From the IMG/VR virus record IMGVR_UViG_3300032093_000024: a stretch of DNA of 64,000 nt; one strand, given 5' to 3'. A model generated the notes under the pieces. That model was not told the DNA's origin. It ran no database searches and saw only the letters and a list, made by a program, of their open reading frames with translations. The DNA is from an uncultured virus (IMG/VR IMGVR_UViG_3300032093_000024) (taxonomy: Duplodnaviria > Heunggongvirae > Uroviricota > Caudoviricetes). Position 1 is the stretch's first letter. Every line of letters begins with the position of its first letter. The position numbers and the translations under genes are program-made. Below are positions 19,194 to 29,900 of the stretch, one piece after another.

Positions 19194-19940
19194 TTATTTT
19201 TCAAACACCGAAACTCCCCTTTTTTTCACAACTTCTCCCGCACAATAGTTTCCCCATTTTATAGATTCTTCTACATCATTAGAACTTAAATACTTTGCAA
19301 CAAATCCTGCTACAAATGTATCACCCGCACCACTTACATCGGCATTATCTATTTTTTTAGTTTTAATTAGATTCCCCTTATACGATGCTCCTTTACCATC
19401 CAACGTTATAATTATTTTTTCGTCTAACCATTCATTTTCTACAATTATATCGTGATTATTTTGTGCCTCAAATCTATTTAATTTTATATATGATATATTT
19501 CTACACCAATCACCCAATGTTTTTTTGGTATCAAGTATGATTAAATGATGTAATTTAGAAATTTCAAATATATCATTTTCGGTTAGAAACCCTTTACAAT
19601 AATCCGAAATAACAACCGCATCAAATTCTGATAAAGGTGGTAGTTCGCTAATATTGATTCTTTTTACTAAATCATTTTCATCTACCCTTAAATAAAGCTC
19701 ATTTGTATCTTTATTTATATATCTGGTTTTAATAATATTTCCTTCACCACAAAAAGTTTTTACTTTTATATCCATTGATTTCAGATTTGCAGCAGTGTTA
19801 GCAGCCATACCCAAATTTACAACCGTTTCAATCGGATTAAAAATAGGACCGTTTCCTTCGGGTGATTTTCTAGTTGATGTCCCATATATGAAAACATCAT
19901 TGCATTTCTCACCAATTACTAAAACTTTATATTTTGACAT
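19194..19940 (-). CDS. PfkB-family heptose-7-phosphate kinase (HldE/RfaE domain I-like)
   Basis: RKSPE, GMAAN, KTRY, LRVD, ISDY.KG and DVSGAGDTF motifs. Confidence 0.85.
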   Translation of the reverse strand: MSKYKVLVIGEKCNDVFIYGTSTRKSPEGNGPIFNPIETVVNLGMAANTAANLKSMDIKVKTFCGEGNIIKTRYINKDTNELYLRVDENDLVKRINISELPPLSEFDAVVISDYCKGFLTENDIFEISKLHHLIILDTKKTLGDWCRNISYIKLNRFEAQNNHDIIVENEWLDEKIIITLDGKGASYKGNLIKTKKIDNADVSGAGDTFVAGFVAKYLSSNDVEESIKWGNYCAGEVVKKRGVSVFEK

Positions 19941-20319
19941 CTCCTAATATTTTTGATGTACTTATATTATTTATTTTTTGAAAAAATTCTATTTTGGGAA
20001 CATATTCCACGCCAATTATTTGATGATATTGATAATCATCACCTATTACCATAACATCTGGCTCCCATTCACGTATTCTATTAATAAGTTCGTCATCCGT
20101 ACCAAAAGATACAACAGAATCAACAAAACGAATAGATGAGATAAAATCCATCCTATCAGAAAGGGTATTAAAAGGTCTTTCCCTACCTTTTTTATCCCTA
20201 ACTCTTTTATCTTCGTCCAATCCAACCCTAACTGAACCAAACTTTGAAGCGTGTTCAAGCAAACGAATATGACCAATATGTACAATATCAAATGTACCAT
20301 TTACCCAAACTTTTTTCAT
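19927..20319 (-). CDS. Heptose-1-phosphate adenylyltransferase-like protein (HldE/RfaE domain II-like)
   Basis: NGTFDIVHIGH, KGRERPFN..DR, G.DY and STSKI motifs. Confidence 0.85.
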   Translation of the reverse strand: MKKVWVNGTFDIVHIGHIRLLEHASKFGSVRVGLDEDKRVRDKKGRERPFNTLSDRMDFISSIRFVDSVVSFGTDDELINRIREWEPDVMVIGDDYQYHQIIGVEYVPKIEFFQKINNISTSKILGDVKI

Positions 20320-21491
20320 TATAAAAACTTTTCCAATTCTTTAATAACCATTTCGGATGTTATTGATTTAGTACATTCAAATTGTCTTTCAGTACCTTTG
20401 TGGTCTGGACACCAATTCCAATCGCCTGGATCAAGTCTTAAACGATTAAAACACCCCTCACATTTTCCTTGCGGTGCTCCTATACGAATACAATCTTCCA
20501 TCTCTGCCCACTTATAAGAAAATCCACTTATTAATACAGTTGGTACATCCAATGCCCAGCTTAACCAACTTAATCCACTACCTATTCCAATAAATGCCTT
20601 TGATTTCAACATTTCATCCATAACTAATTCAATTGGACCATTTGGATGCCTAACTATACCGGAAGGTAATTGATTTCCCATATAGTTCTCACCTTCTTTT
20701 GAAAGTAGTTTTACAATGTAACCTCTATTATTTAACCAGTCTACAATATCCTGCCATCCTGTTGGGTTATTCCAAAATTTTGATTGTGCAGTTCCATGTA
20801 TTCCAATACAAACCTGCTTTAAACCTGATTCTTTGTGGGGATTTCTATCTTTTAATCTTGGTTTTATTTCTCTAAAGTTTAAACCCAATATATCCGAACA
20901 CATTTTTTGCATCGTTTGTTGTTTCGGGTCAATTGGATTTTTATAAACGTTTATTGAACTATCTTCGTTGTAAAATAAACCAATTGCATACATAGCATAT
21001 AAGTTTTCTACAACCATACCCGGTGTAACAAATTCTATATCAGGATATTTTTCTTCAAAAAGATTATTCATAAATGTTGAAACAATCATTTTGGCATTAT
21101 GCAATTTTCCAAATTCTTCTACATACGGCATCCATGCTAAACTATCTCCCAATGCTTTTGAGTCTAATGCCACATAAACTCTTTTATCTCTAGCATCGTA
21201 TAAATGTTCGTACCAAAGTTTATTATCTTGATATATTTCAATTTTCCAATCAATAAAATATTCAACATTACATTTTGTCCACATATTGTTATTGATTTCC
21301 GAACTATACAGTACTGCACCAGTTTTATTATTTATAAACTTTACTAAATATTTTCCTGGTTTCGGGCCTTTTATTTCAACCGTAGCACCTCTTACAAAAT
21401 GTAAAAAAACTTTATTATCTATATTGGCTTTATTATTTACATTTTTAATAATATTTTCATATATATTTTTATTGTAATCCATTAACTCCAA
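20319..21491 (-). CDS. Autotransporter-type O-heptosyltransferase (TibC/Aah, BAHT family)
   Basis: SKALGD.LAW.PY, QSKFWNNP.GW, FIGIGSGLSWLSWA and the iron-finger Cys motif CEGCFN..WCP..QFEC. Confidence 0.85.
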   Translation of the reverse strand: MELMDYNKNIYENIIKNVNNKANIDNKVFLHFVRGATVEIKGPKPGKYLVKFINNKTGAVLYSSEINNNMWTKCNVEYFIDWKIEIYQDNKLWYEHLYDARDKRVYVALDSKALGDSLAWMPYVEEFGKLHNAKMIVSTFMNNLFEEKYPDIEFVTPGMVVENLYAMYAIGLFYNEDSSINVYKNPIDPKQQTMQKMCSDILGLNFREIKPRLKDRNPHKESGLKQVCIGIHGTAQSKFWNNPTGWQDIVDWLNNRGYIVKLLSKEGENYMGNQLPSGIVRHPNGPIELVMDEMLKSKAFIGIGSGLSWLSWALDVPTVLISGFSYKWAEMEDCIRIGAPQGKCEGCFNRLRLDPGDWNWCPDHKGTERQFECTKSITSEMVIKELEKFL

Positions 21492-23653
21492 GTTTTAATT
21501 TGTAAATCTAATAATGAATATCCTTCTGCTTGTTTAGAATACATTTTATTTGTTGTATATCTTTTTTTAGGATGGTGGTAAAATACATGATTAAACCATA
21601 AATCACCTACATCCCAACCACAATCTTTTATTCTATCCATCCACCAACCTTTAGTTCGGTTTGGAATTAAATAACAATGTGCAAGGTCTTGTGCATGTCC
21701 AGTCAAAGTAAATAATTCATCAATTTTAGTTCTTTCTCTAGATGGGTTATTTGCAAATGAAATAAAATAAGCATCATTTAGTTCTGACATAAAACATGCT
21801 TTATTTACCACATCTACAAATTCTTCTAAACCGGTATAGATAAATGCATCCGCTTCAAATATTAAAGTATAATCATAGTTTTCTTCATCAATAGTTTCTA
21901 ATGCGTATCTATGTGCTAGGTAACAACCATAATGTCTTCCAGTCATCCAACCCAATCCGGCACCTGGCCATAGTTCACCGGGTTTATTATCTTTACTAAT
22001 ATGTTCTGGTCTTCTGCAATTTTCAGCAGGTGGGATTCCTTCATATACTTCGTTGATAATTGGTTGATAATCTATCCCATAGTTTTTTAGTTGTTGAAGT
22101 GATTGTATTGAAACTCTTTCTCTCATATCATCGGGTCTAGTCAACATATGTTTCACCTGAATTCTTGGTTTTCTTCTTATAAATGAACGAAATCCTTCTT
22201 GAAACTGCCCATAAAAGAATTCATTAGCAGCTTTTGTTACTCCATTAAATACACCATAATCATCACCTGTAATATATCCGCCCGGTTTAACTTTTTTATA
22301 CCAAACGTTCAAATCTTCCATTAAGGATTCATAAGAATGTCCGGCATCAATCATTATAAAATCTATACTGCTATTTCCGAAATTATTTGATGCATTTTTA
22401 GAAGTATCTTTTATAACATTAAATTGATTATAGTTATTTGATAATACAACATTATCTATAAATTCATAAAAAATATCACCATTAAAACTATTAACTATAT
22501 TTTGATGCAAAGCCTCATCATCAGTACCTTTCCATGTATCTACACTTACAAAATTAATATTTTTTTCCGATTCTCTTATTTTAGTAGCCAAATAGTTAGT
22601 AGATTTACCAAACCAAGCACCTACTTCAACGAACAATGAACCATCTTTAGCTTCATCTACAAAATTATTATACAACTCTTTATACGCAAACCAACCTGGT
22701 ATTTCATTAAATTCTGGTTTTAATTGCTCAAGTATAATTCTTTTTGTAAGTTTTAAATCATCATCAATATACGTTACCAATGGATTATCATCATAGGTAT
22801 TCAAATAAGTGTGAAGTTTTCTAAAAATACAAGGAAGACCATATGATAATGCCTCTTTAACCGATAAAGGATTTAATTCTAATTTTGAAGAAAAATAGAA
22901 AAAATCGCAAGCTTCATAAAATGTATCTACATCATTTCTTTCACCCCATACAATACAATTATCTGGCTTAAAATCCATCAATGGCCTCCAATAATTTTCA
23001 AAATTCATTGCTTGATTACCAACAAAATGAAATTTAATTTTATATTTTTCCAACTGTCTTGCGATGGCAAATATTTCACCTTGATTTTTTCCTTGCGAAA
23101 ACAATCCTACATTTAGAACATGTTTATATGTTGGGTCTAACCCTAATTTATTTTGAGCTTCTTCTTTATTAAAATTATATTTTTCAATAGGGTATTCCCA
23201 AACCGATGTTTCAATGCCTAATGATTCAAATCTTTGTCTACTCCATTCCGATACTAAAACGTACTTATCAGGATGGTAAATGATTTCAGATGGATTTGTT
23301 AATGAACCATGTGTTGTACACACTATAAAATATTTTCTTTCACTTGAAAATAGTTTTTCTACTACATCAATTGGTAAATCATATTCTGGAATTTCCTGAA
23401 AATGAATTATATCAGGATTAAAAGTTCTTATATAATCAAAGATTTGTTTTTTGTTTTCACCCAATGTATGTACGGGTACTAAAGATTTAATCCTATTTTT
23501 TTGAACTACATATGCATCCCCACCACTATTATTGATTTCAATAACCTCAATTTGAAAATCATTTAAGAAATGTTTAATTTGCTTGTAAGTGTATTGGGGT
23601 TGTCCACCAGTAGAAAGGTGTGGACAAACGTATAACAATCTTTTTTTACTCAT
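21482..23653 (-). CDS. Trifunctional GT-B glycosyltransferase / class I SAM methyltransferase / GT25-like glycosyltransferase
   Basis: HLSTGGQP..KNQ..ELNPLSVKEA (GT4-like); VEVGAWFGKS..IDAGHSY..KPGG..GDDY (Methyltransf_24-like); GCYLAH..LIFEADA (GT25-like). Confidence 0.8.
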   Translation of the reverse strand: MSKKRLLYVCPHLSTGGQPQYTYKQIKHFLNDFQIEVIEINNSGGDAYVVQKNRIKSLVPVHTLGENKKQIFDYIRTFNPDIIHFQEIPEYDLPIDVVEKLFSSERKYFIVCTTHGSLTNPSEIIYHPDKYVLVSEWSRQRFESLGIETSVWEYPIEKYNFNKEEAQNKLGLDPTYKHVLNVGLFSQGKNQGEIFAIARQLEKYKIKFHFVGNQAMNFENYWRPLMDFKPDNCIVWGERNDVDTFYEACDFFYFSSKLELNPLSVKEALSYGLPCIFRKLHTYLNTYDDNPLVTYIDDDLKLTKRIILEQLKPEFNEIPGWFAYKELYNNFVDEAKDGSLFVEVGAWFGKSTNYLATKIRESEKNINFVSVDTWKGTDDEALHQNIVNSFNGDIFYEFIDNVVLSNNYNQFNVIKDTSKNASNNFGNSSIDFIMIDAGHSYESLMEDLNVWYKKVKPGGYITGDDYGVFNGVTKAANEFFYGQFQEGFRSFIRRKPRIQVKHMLTRPDDMRERVSIQSLQQLKNYGIDYQPIINEVYEGIPPAENCRRPEHISKDNKPGELWPGAGLGWMTGRHYGCYLAHRYALETIDEENYDYTLIFEADAFIYTGLEEFVDVVNKACFMSELNDAYFISFANNPSRERTKIDELFTLTGHAQDLAHCYLIPNRTKGWWMDRIKDCGWDVGDLWFNHVFYHHPKKRYTTNKMYSKQAEGYSLLDLQIKTWS

Positions 23654-23658
23654 AACTA

Positions 23659-23690
23659 CAAATATACAAAATTATTTGGAATTTACCAAA
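23659..23690 (-). promoter_or_regulatory. Bacteroidota primary-sigma-type promoter for the glycosylation operon
   Basis: Minus strand TTTG-N20-TATATTTG, 5 nt upstream of the ATG at 23653. Confidence 0.75.
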
Positions 23691-23691
23691 T

Positions 23692-23949
23692 TTATTCTTC
23701 AAAAGTTACAGTACCATCTTGAAGATTTACTTCTCCATTTGGGTATTTTACTTCCAAATCTTTTAGAACTTCATCTAACAAAATTTTGTTTTTTGAAAAT
23801 GTTTCTTCTAATGATTTTTTATAAGCTTTTAAATCTAAAAATCTTACTTCAATTTGTCCTAATTCATAAATCACATCGTTAGAATCGGATTGTAATTTTC
23901 TTAATTTATCTACAATTTCAGCAGATAATTGTTCAGTTTTTTGTGGCAT
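23692..23949 (-). CDS. Hypothetical coiled-coil protein, paralog of 18731..19150 (possible fibre chaperone)
   Basis: ELGQIEVR..KYPNGEVNLQDGTV. Confidence 0.6.
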   Translation of the reverse strand: MPQKTEQLSAEIVDKLRKLQSDSNDVIYELGQIEVRFLDLKAYKKSLEETFSKNKILLDEVLKDLEVKYPNGEVNLQDGTVTFEE

Positions 23950-23967
23950 AACGTTTTATTTTGTATA

Positions 23968-23976
23968 TATAAATAT
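23968..23976 (-). promoter_or_regulatory. Putative late promoter motif ATATTTATA
   Basis: Upstream of the ATG at 23949. Confidence 0.65.
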
Positions 23977-23984
23977 ATGATTTT

Positions 23985-26900
23985 TTATTTTGAACCACTT
24001 ATTGCAGCCTCTAAAGATTCTACTCTTTGACTTAATTCCTGTACAGCTTTCCACAACACAAATACTAATTCTCCTTTATTAATACTTTGTACAACCTTTT
24101 TTTGCGGACCTGTTGGATTTTCTGGATCATCTTCTAACTCATAATCAACCCATTCTTCCAATCCCGCTGCTTCCAATTCTTCTGCAATAATACCAATTTG
24201 TTTTTTTGGATTTTCAAGTTCTTTATCAACATTCCAATAGAAAGTTCTAATAGGAGTTTTATTAATTGATTCAATCAATGATGGATGAGTCCAATCTTTA
24301 ATATCATATTTAAATCTTGCAGAAGAATCAAACCTACACAGCCACCATTGAAATCCACCCGCATCAATTTTAATTTGTACGTCTCTTCTTTCTCCACCAA
24401 GTTGACTGGAACCTGGAATGTTTTTTAATTGAAGTGATGGTCTAGTCTGTCCGCCAGTAGTTATTGCACCTATTGTGCCTTCGTATCCACTATTAGCTAA
24501 GTTCCAAGTAAAAGTATTAACGTCTACAATATTTTGGTTACTCATATCCAACGGCCCATCAACAATTTCTAGTGCTGCTGCCGAAGCATGTGCGTTTTCA
24601 ATTCTCACCGCTGGTACACTTGAGTTGGATGCAACATCTAAAAGTGGAACACTAGTACTTCTTTCAATTTTAACATAGTTATCAATATCTGCTGCTGCTA
24701 AAAATCCATTACCTGCAACATTTACTTGAGAAAGTTGTTTATTAAACGTATTACCGGTATTTATTGACCACGTACCACCAGTAATACTTCCTACTCCACT
24801 ATCTATATAACATTGAACTACACCCCTAACGTGAAAATAATATGTACCAGCAGAAGGTATAGTAACATATACTGGATATCCACTACTTGCATAAAATGCA
24901 CCTTCATCAAATGGTCCACCCAAATTATCAGAGTATCCAACATTAAATGTGTGAATAAGATTTCCTGTAAAATTCGCTGTATCCCAAACTTCTACAAATA
25001 TTTCAAAATACAAATAACCACTAAACGAACCATTTGAATTCATATAAAATGGATTAGCTCCCCACGAAATACTATTCACTTTATATTGTCCAGCCGAAGA
25101 TATAGAAACACCTGTTGTATCTAAAGCGGTTATTTCATTAAGTAGAGGAGATGAACTATTATATGAACCATTCATACTAATACCAGGAATAGTACTCATT
25201 ACGAAACTACCTCCACCGCCACCTACTGCTGGTAAATTAGCTTGTGAAATTTCAATTACTTTTTCATCAGATGTATTATTGACTGTAATGGTTACATCAT
25301 TTGGATTTAATACAATGAATTCATTTACATCTTGTAACTTTCCTTGTTCAACTCTCCAGTTTCCAATTTCAGAAATAACAGTATTATCTGTTACAATTTT
25401 TCCTTTAATTGTTAAGTTTGCATTATCCCAATAAATGTAAGGTAATCCAGAACCAGTAATATTTCCAAATCTAAACTTACCATCATCTTGTAAATAAAAC
25501 CCTGGTCCACCCGCAGGTCCAACTAAAGATGTTGCGTTCGCACTTCTAATTATCCCACCATTAGTACCACTTTGTCCAATAACCAATGAACGATAAATGT
25601 TTGCGTCTTTAGCCAAAAGAATATCAGTAGCTACCGATGCAAAATTGGCCATTGTTTCAAAATATGTAGCGTTAGGAGGGCAACCAGTTGTTCCTTTTGT
25701 TAGTCCATCCGCTGCATTTTTTAAAAGATAGTATGTACCGGATGCTAATGTTACCATTTTAGATGTGGTGTTACTAACCCATACAAAACTAGAATCTAAA
25801 CTGGTGCACTCACCAACAAAACTTATACCAGGTCCTGCGGCTCCATTTGCACCAGCTGCTCCTGCTCTCGATTTTGTTAAAGATTGAACTTTTGTTATTG
25901 AAAAAGAATCTCCATTTAGTTTTTTACCAGCTAATGTATATGTTACAGTTGCCTGGTCAGCAGTCATATTACTATGATTTGCTACTACCGCGTAGTTTCC
26001 ACCATCGGTTATACCGCCGGCAGTTATATTTGAAGTGGCGGTTGAAACGGTAAACTTACCTGCTGCAGTACCAACACCATCATAATCTAATTGTGTTGCA
26101 CCTTCATAAATGTATATATCAGTACCACTTCCTGCATATGAAGAAACCGTACCATCACTAGCCGCTGGTAAAGTATGTGCTTCATTTGTTAAAATTATTG
26201 TTAATGCATCAGTACCTTCTTGCACCCTCGCAACGGTTATAGTGTCTGTTATTGAATCTGCAGTTGCTGTCACTTCAACCAAAGTGTTTGAACCAAAGTC
26301 TGCCTTTCGTAAATAAACTGTGTTACCCGTTGTTGTTACACTACCACCAGTTGCCGAATCATATAGTGTTACGGATGGTGAAGTTGTCCAGCTTGTTGTA
26401 GCGGATATGTTTTGTTTATTTGAAGTAAACTCAATGTAATTTGGAGAAAGTGTACCATTTTGCGCTTCAATAAATACTTGACTAGATGCTTCTAATCTCA
26501 ATAGTTTTGCTGCAATCGGTGCGATTGTCCAAGGACCTGCACCAGGATATCCTGTAGTTACATTTGTGTTATTCGTAGATGTATGGTCTGAATTTGATGT
26601 CCACGTATTTCCGCTATACGTTACTATATCGTTTGTATAATATAAAATACCACTTGCCCACGGCCCCATAATACGTCCTTCATTAACTCCACCAGGCGTT
26701 TGTTTCAATGCTCCTCTTAATATTAATGATGTACCATCCCATGCTAAATAATTTGTTGAAGCACCAACTTTAAAATCATTACCGGTATCATACCAATAAT
26801 TGTTTGCGTTTAAATATAAACCATTGTTAGCACCATTAACACCTCTACCAAGTTTCATTCCGCCGGCGTTCAATAAACCACTTAAAATAAGAGATTCACC

Positions 26901-29900
26901 ATCCCACTTCATAAAATTGTTGCCAGAATAATCTTTTATTGACAATCTACCATAAGTTCCACTAGCCCCTTGCTCATACAATCCCATCCAAATACCTGGT
27001 CTATCATATCCAATGATACCCGTACCGGATGTTCCTGCCGCTCCAGCAGTTGATGGATTATTACTTGTACCACTCGTACCACCAGTACCAACCGTACCAT
27101 GTTGACCAACTGATATGTATGGGTCCGGTCTTCCACCAGCCAAAACTATATTAGCGTATTTAGAAGTATTATTATATGTACCAACATTAATTGTATTTTT
27201 AACATAAGATTCTTCAAATATTGCTATTTTAGCCGCCACAAAGAAATCTTGCTGTCCTAAATACTGCCAGTATGCAGTATCGGTATATGTTGGTGATAAT
27301 GGATTTGTTGGTAATCGTTTACCTACTAATACTGCATTATTATCAAATGTACCCGGTCCTGAACCACTTATAGCAGCCCAATAGTGCGTATCACCTGAAC
27401 TACCTGTTGGGTCTGGAAATATTACTGCATCTCTACGTTGATTTGTTGTTTCTACTGAACCTATGTAATCTTCGGTTTCATTCCATTGACCTCTCATTAC
27501 AATACCAGGTCCGGTATTACCCTCAAACTGAACTGATAAAGATTGTGTTTTATAGAATGTTTGTCTATCTTCACAATTAATTTCATAAACTATTTCACCG
27601 GCAATATTCGTTTCAGGATTGTCCCAAGCAGTAATTCCAGGCATTGTAGCAGGATTTCCATATAACCAACCATATGCTAAACTTATATTATCATTTGCTA
27701 AATGAATATAATTTGGTTTAGATGATACCCTAACTCTACATTGCAATTCATATGACGAAGAACCATACGCATCAATTTTAAGATTTGTAAATGAACCCGA
27801 TTGTTTATGTGCTAATTCATAAGACCCCCTATATGCTCTTATTATATTAGATGTATTTCCTAATTCTATTTCACCAGATACTCTATATACAACACTGGTA
27901 TTATCGTTTTGCATTTGAATATTGTAAGGGGCCGGTTCAGTAAAATTAACTGAAAATGACTGTGTTACAAATTCTGTAGCTCTTGTTGGTGGTCTATTAA
28001 TTGGATTTGTTGCAACTTGATTTGAATATCCCTCAAATTCAACTTTATATACAATTTCACCAGTTTTATTTATTGCTGGTTTTTCCCATCCAATAATATC
28101 TGGCATTGAAGCCGGGTTTGTAAGAATTCTATTAGTTGCCAAAAGTATCCAAGGCGATTTACTATAAATTGATGCCGAAGAAAATCCTAATATACCTAAA
28201 GGTAAACCATCAATACCATTATCGGATGATTGTGGTGCTGGATAATTTCCTGTAATTACATTTTGTAAACTTGAAGTTCCTTTAAATGTTGGTAATTTAA
28301 TTGCAGTTCCTAACGATGATGTTGAAAATAAATCAGCCGTAATTGAAGTGTTTACATTATCAGCTGCAATTTTATATGCATCTGCACCAGATTTTAGACC
28401 ACTAATTGTAATTTGTGCTTCTGCTTTAAATGGAAAACTTGTAATTAAATTTGTACCATCCCAAAAATAAACTTTAAAAGTTTTCTTTTGACCAGGACCA
28501 GGCGTATAAGTGGAATCAATTATTAATTCATCAAAATAATTATTTTGCGCATTTTTATTTGGATAATATCTTGTTTCACCAAGTGGAGTTTCGGTAACAC
28601 CATCATCTTCTATAATATACCAGTCAAATGTATTCGCAGTTCCAGTTAATCCACCTAATTCTAAAGAACCAGTTGTATTGAATGCAGTTGCTCTCAATAC
28701 TATTGGTTCAGCCGGCACAAAGTTTCCACCATCTCTATCGTATGTAATTGTATCGGATGAAGCAACTAATTGTAAAGTCCTAGCGTTTGGTACTGATACA
28801 TTTTTTGTAAATGTTTGAGTACGAGTAAAAACAGATGATGTATATTCGTGTCCACTTCCTAATGCATTTGGATATACTTGAATTGTATATGTTGCACTTG
28901 CCGAAACATATGGATAATCAAATCTATTAAATGTCCCAAACGAACTACTTGCAGAACCAGTTACCAACGAACCAGTTCTTATATTCCAAACATTACCAGT
29001 TCTAGTTTCTATTGAATTTATTTTCCAAGTTCCTGGTAAAGATGATGTATTGTATAATAAGAAATCATCTCCTTCTTTTACAGTTATAGATGTATTTGCA
29101 TTTGCGTATGATGAAACGTATCCAACTTCATCGGCTGGGATTGCCACAGATGTTGGTGATATAACAATTTGTATTGGTGGAGCACCATCTAATACTTTTG
29201 TATAATTTACCACAACACTTGCAGTGTATATAGACGAAGTAAAATACGGATGAATTACTAATGGATATGTAATACTACCACTTAAATTTGTTAAATTTGA
29301 AGATTGAGATACAATAAGTGATGCAGTAAATGGTACACCAAATGATGATGTAAAATGTATATTACCTGCTTTAACGTTTTGTTCTATAATAGAAGAACTT
29401 GCAATATAAAATTGACCATGTGAGAAAAAAGGGTGTGATGCTGCACTTGAGCTAAACGCCAAATATCTAGCACCTTGCTTTAATCGTATATCGGTAATAC
29501 TTGGTTTATAATCATTTACGATACCTCTTGAATTCGCGGCCAAAGTTATTGCAATTGGATTTACTTCAAAAACAATTGTTTCGTCACCAGGTGTACCTTG
29601 AGGAACGATTGTAAATGTTTTATCTACCGAAATTGATGCAGTAGTACTAGATGGTGATGTATATGGTTCGTTATAAGTAAATGTAAATGTTATATTTTTA
29701 CTCTGTGATAAAGGAGAACGAACAACCGAATTTAATGCACCAGCAGGTATAATTCTTTTTGCTTCATCAACTGCTACCACTTTAATAGTTGAATCTACAC
29801 TTTGTGTTGTATAATACAACCAATATTCTGGTACCCAATCTGTATTTAAAGACATTGAAGGAAAAACTTGAAAAGATGCCGTTATTTGGTCAGTTGTACC

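Noticed and set aside
19194..23653. The sugar genes as a captured host LPS locus or a sign of a cyanophage
   Set aside because: The transferase is of the protein-modifying BAHT type, no ligase/flippase/core genes are present, and promoters and signal peptides point to Bacteroidota. LPS modification is not formally excluded.
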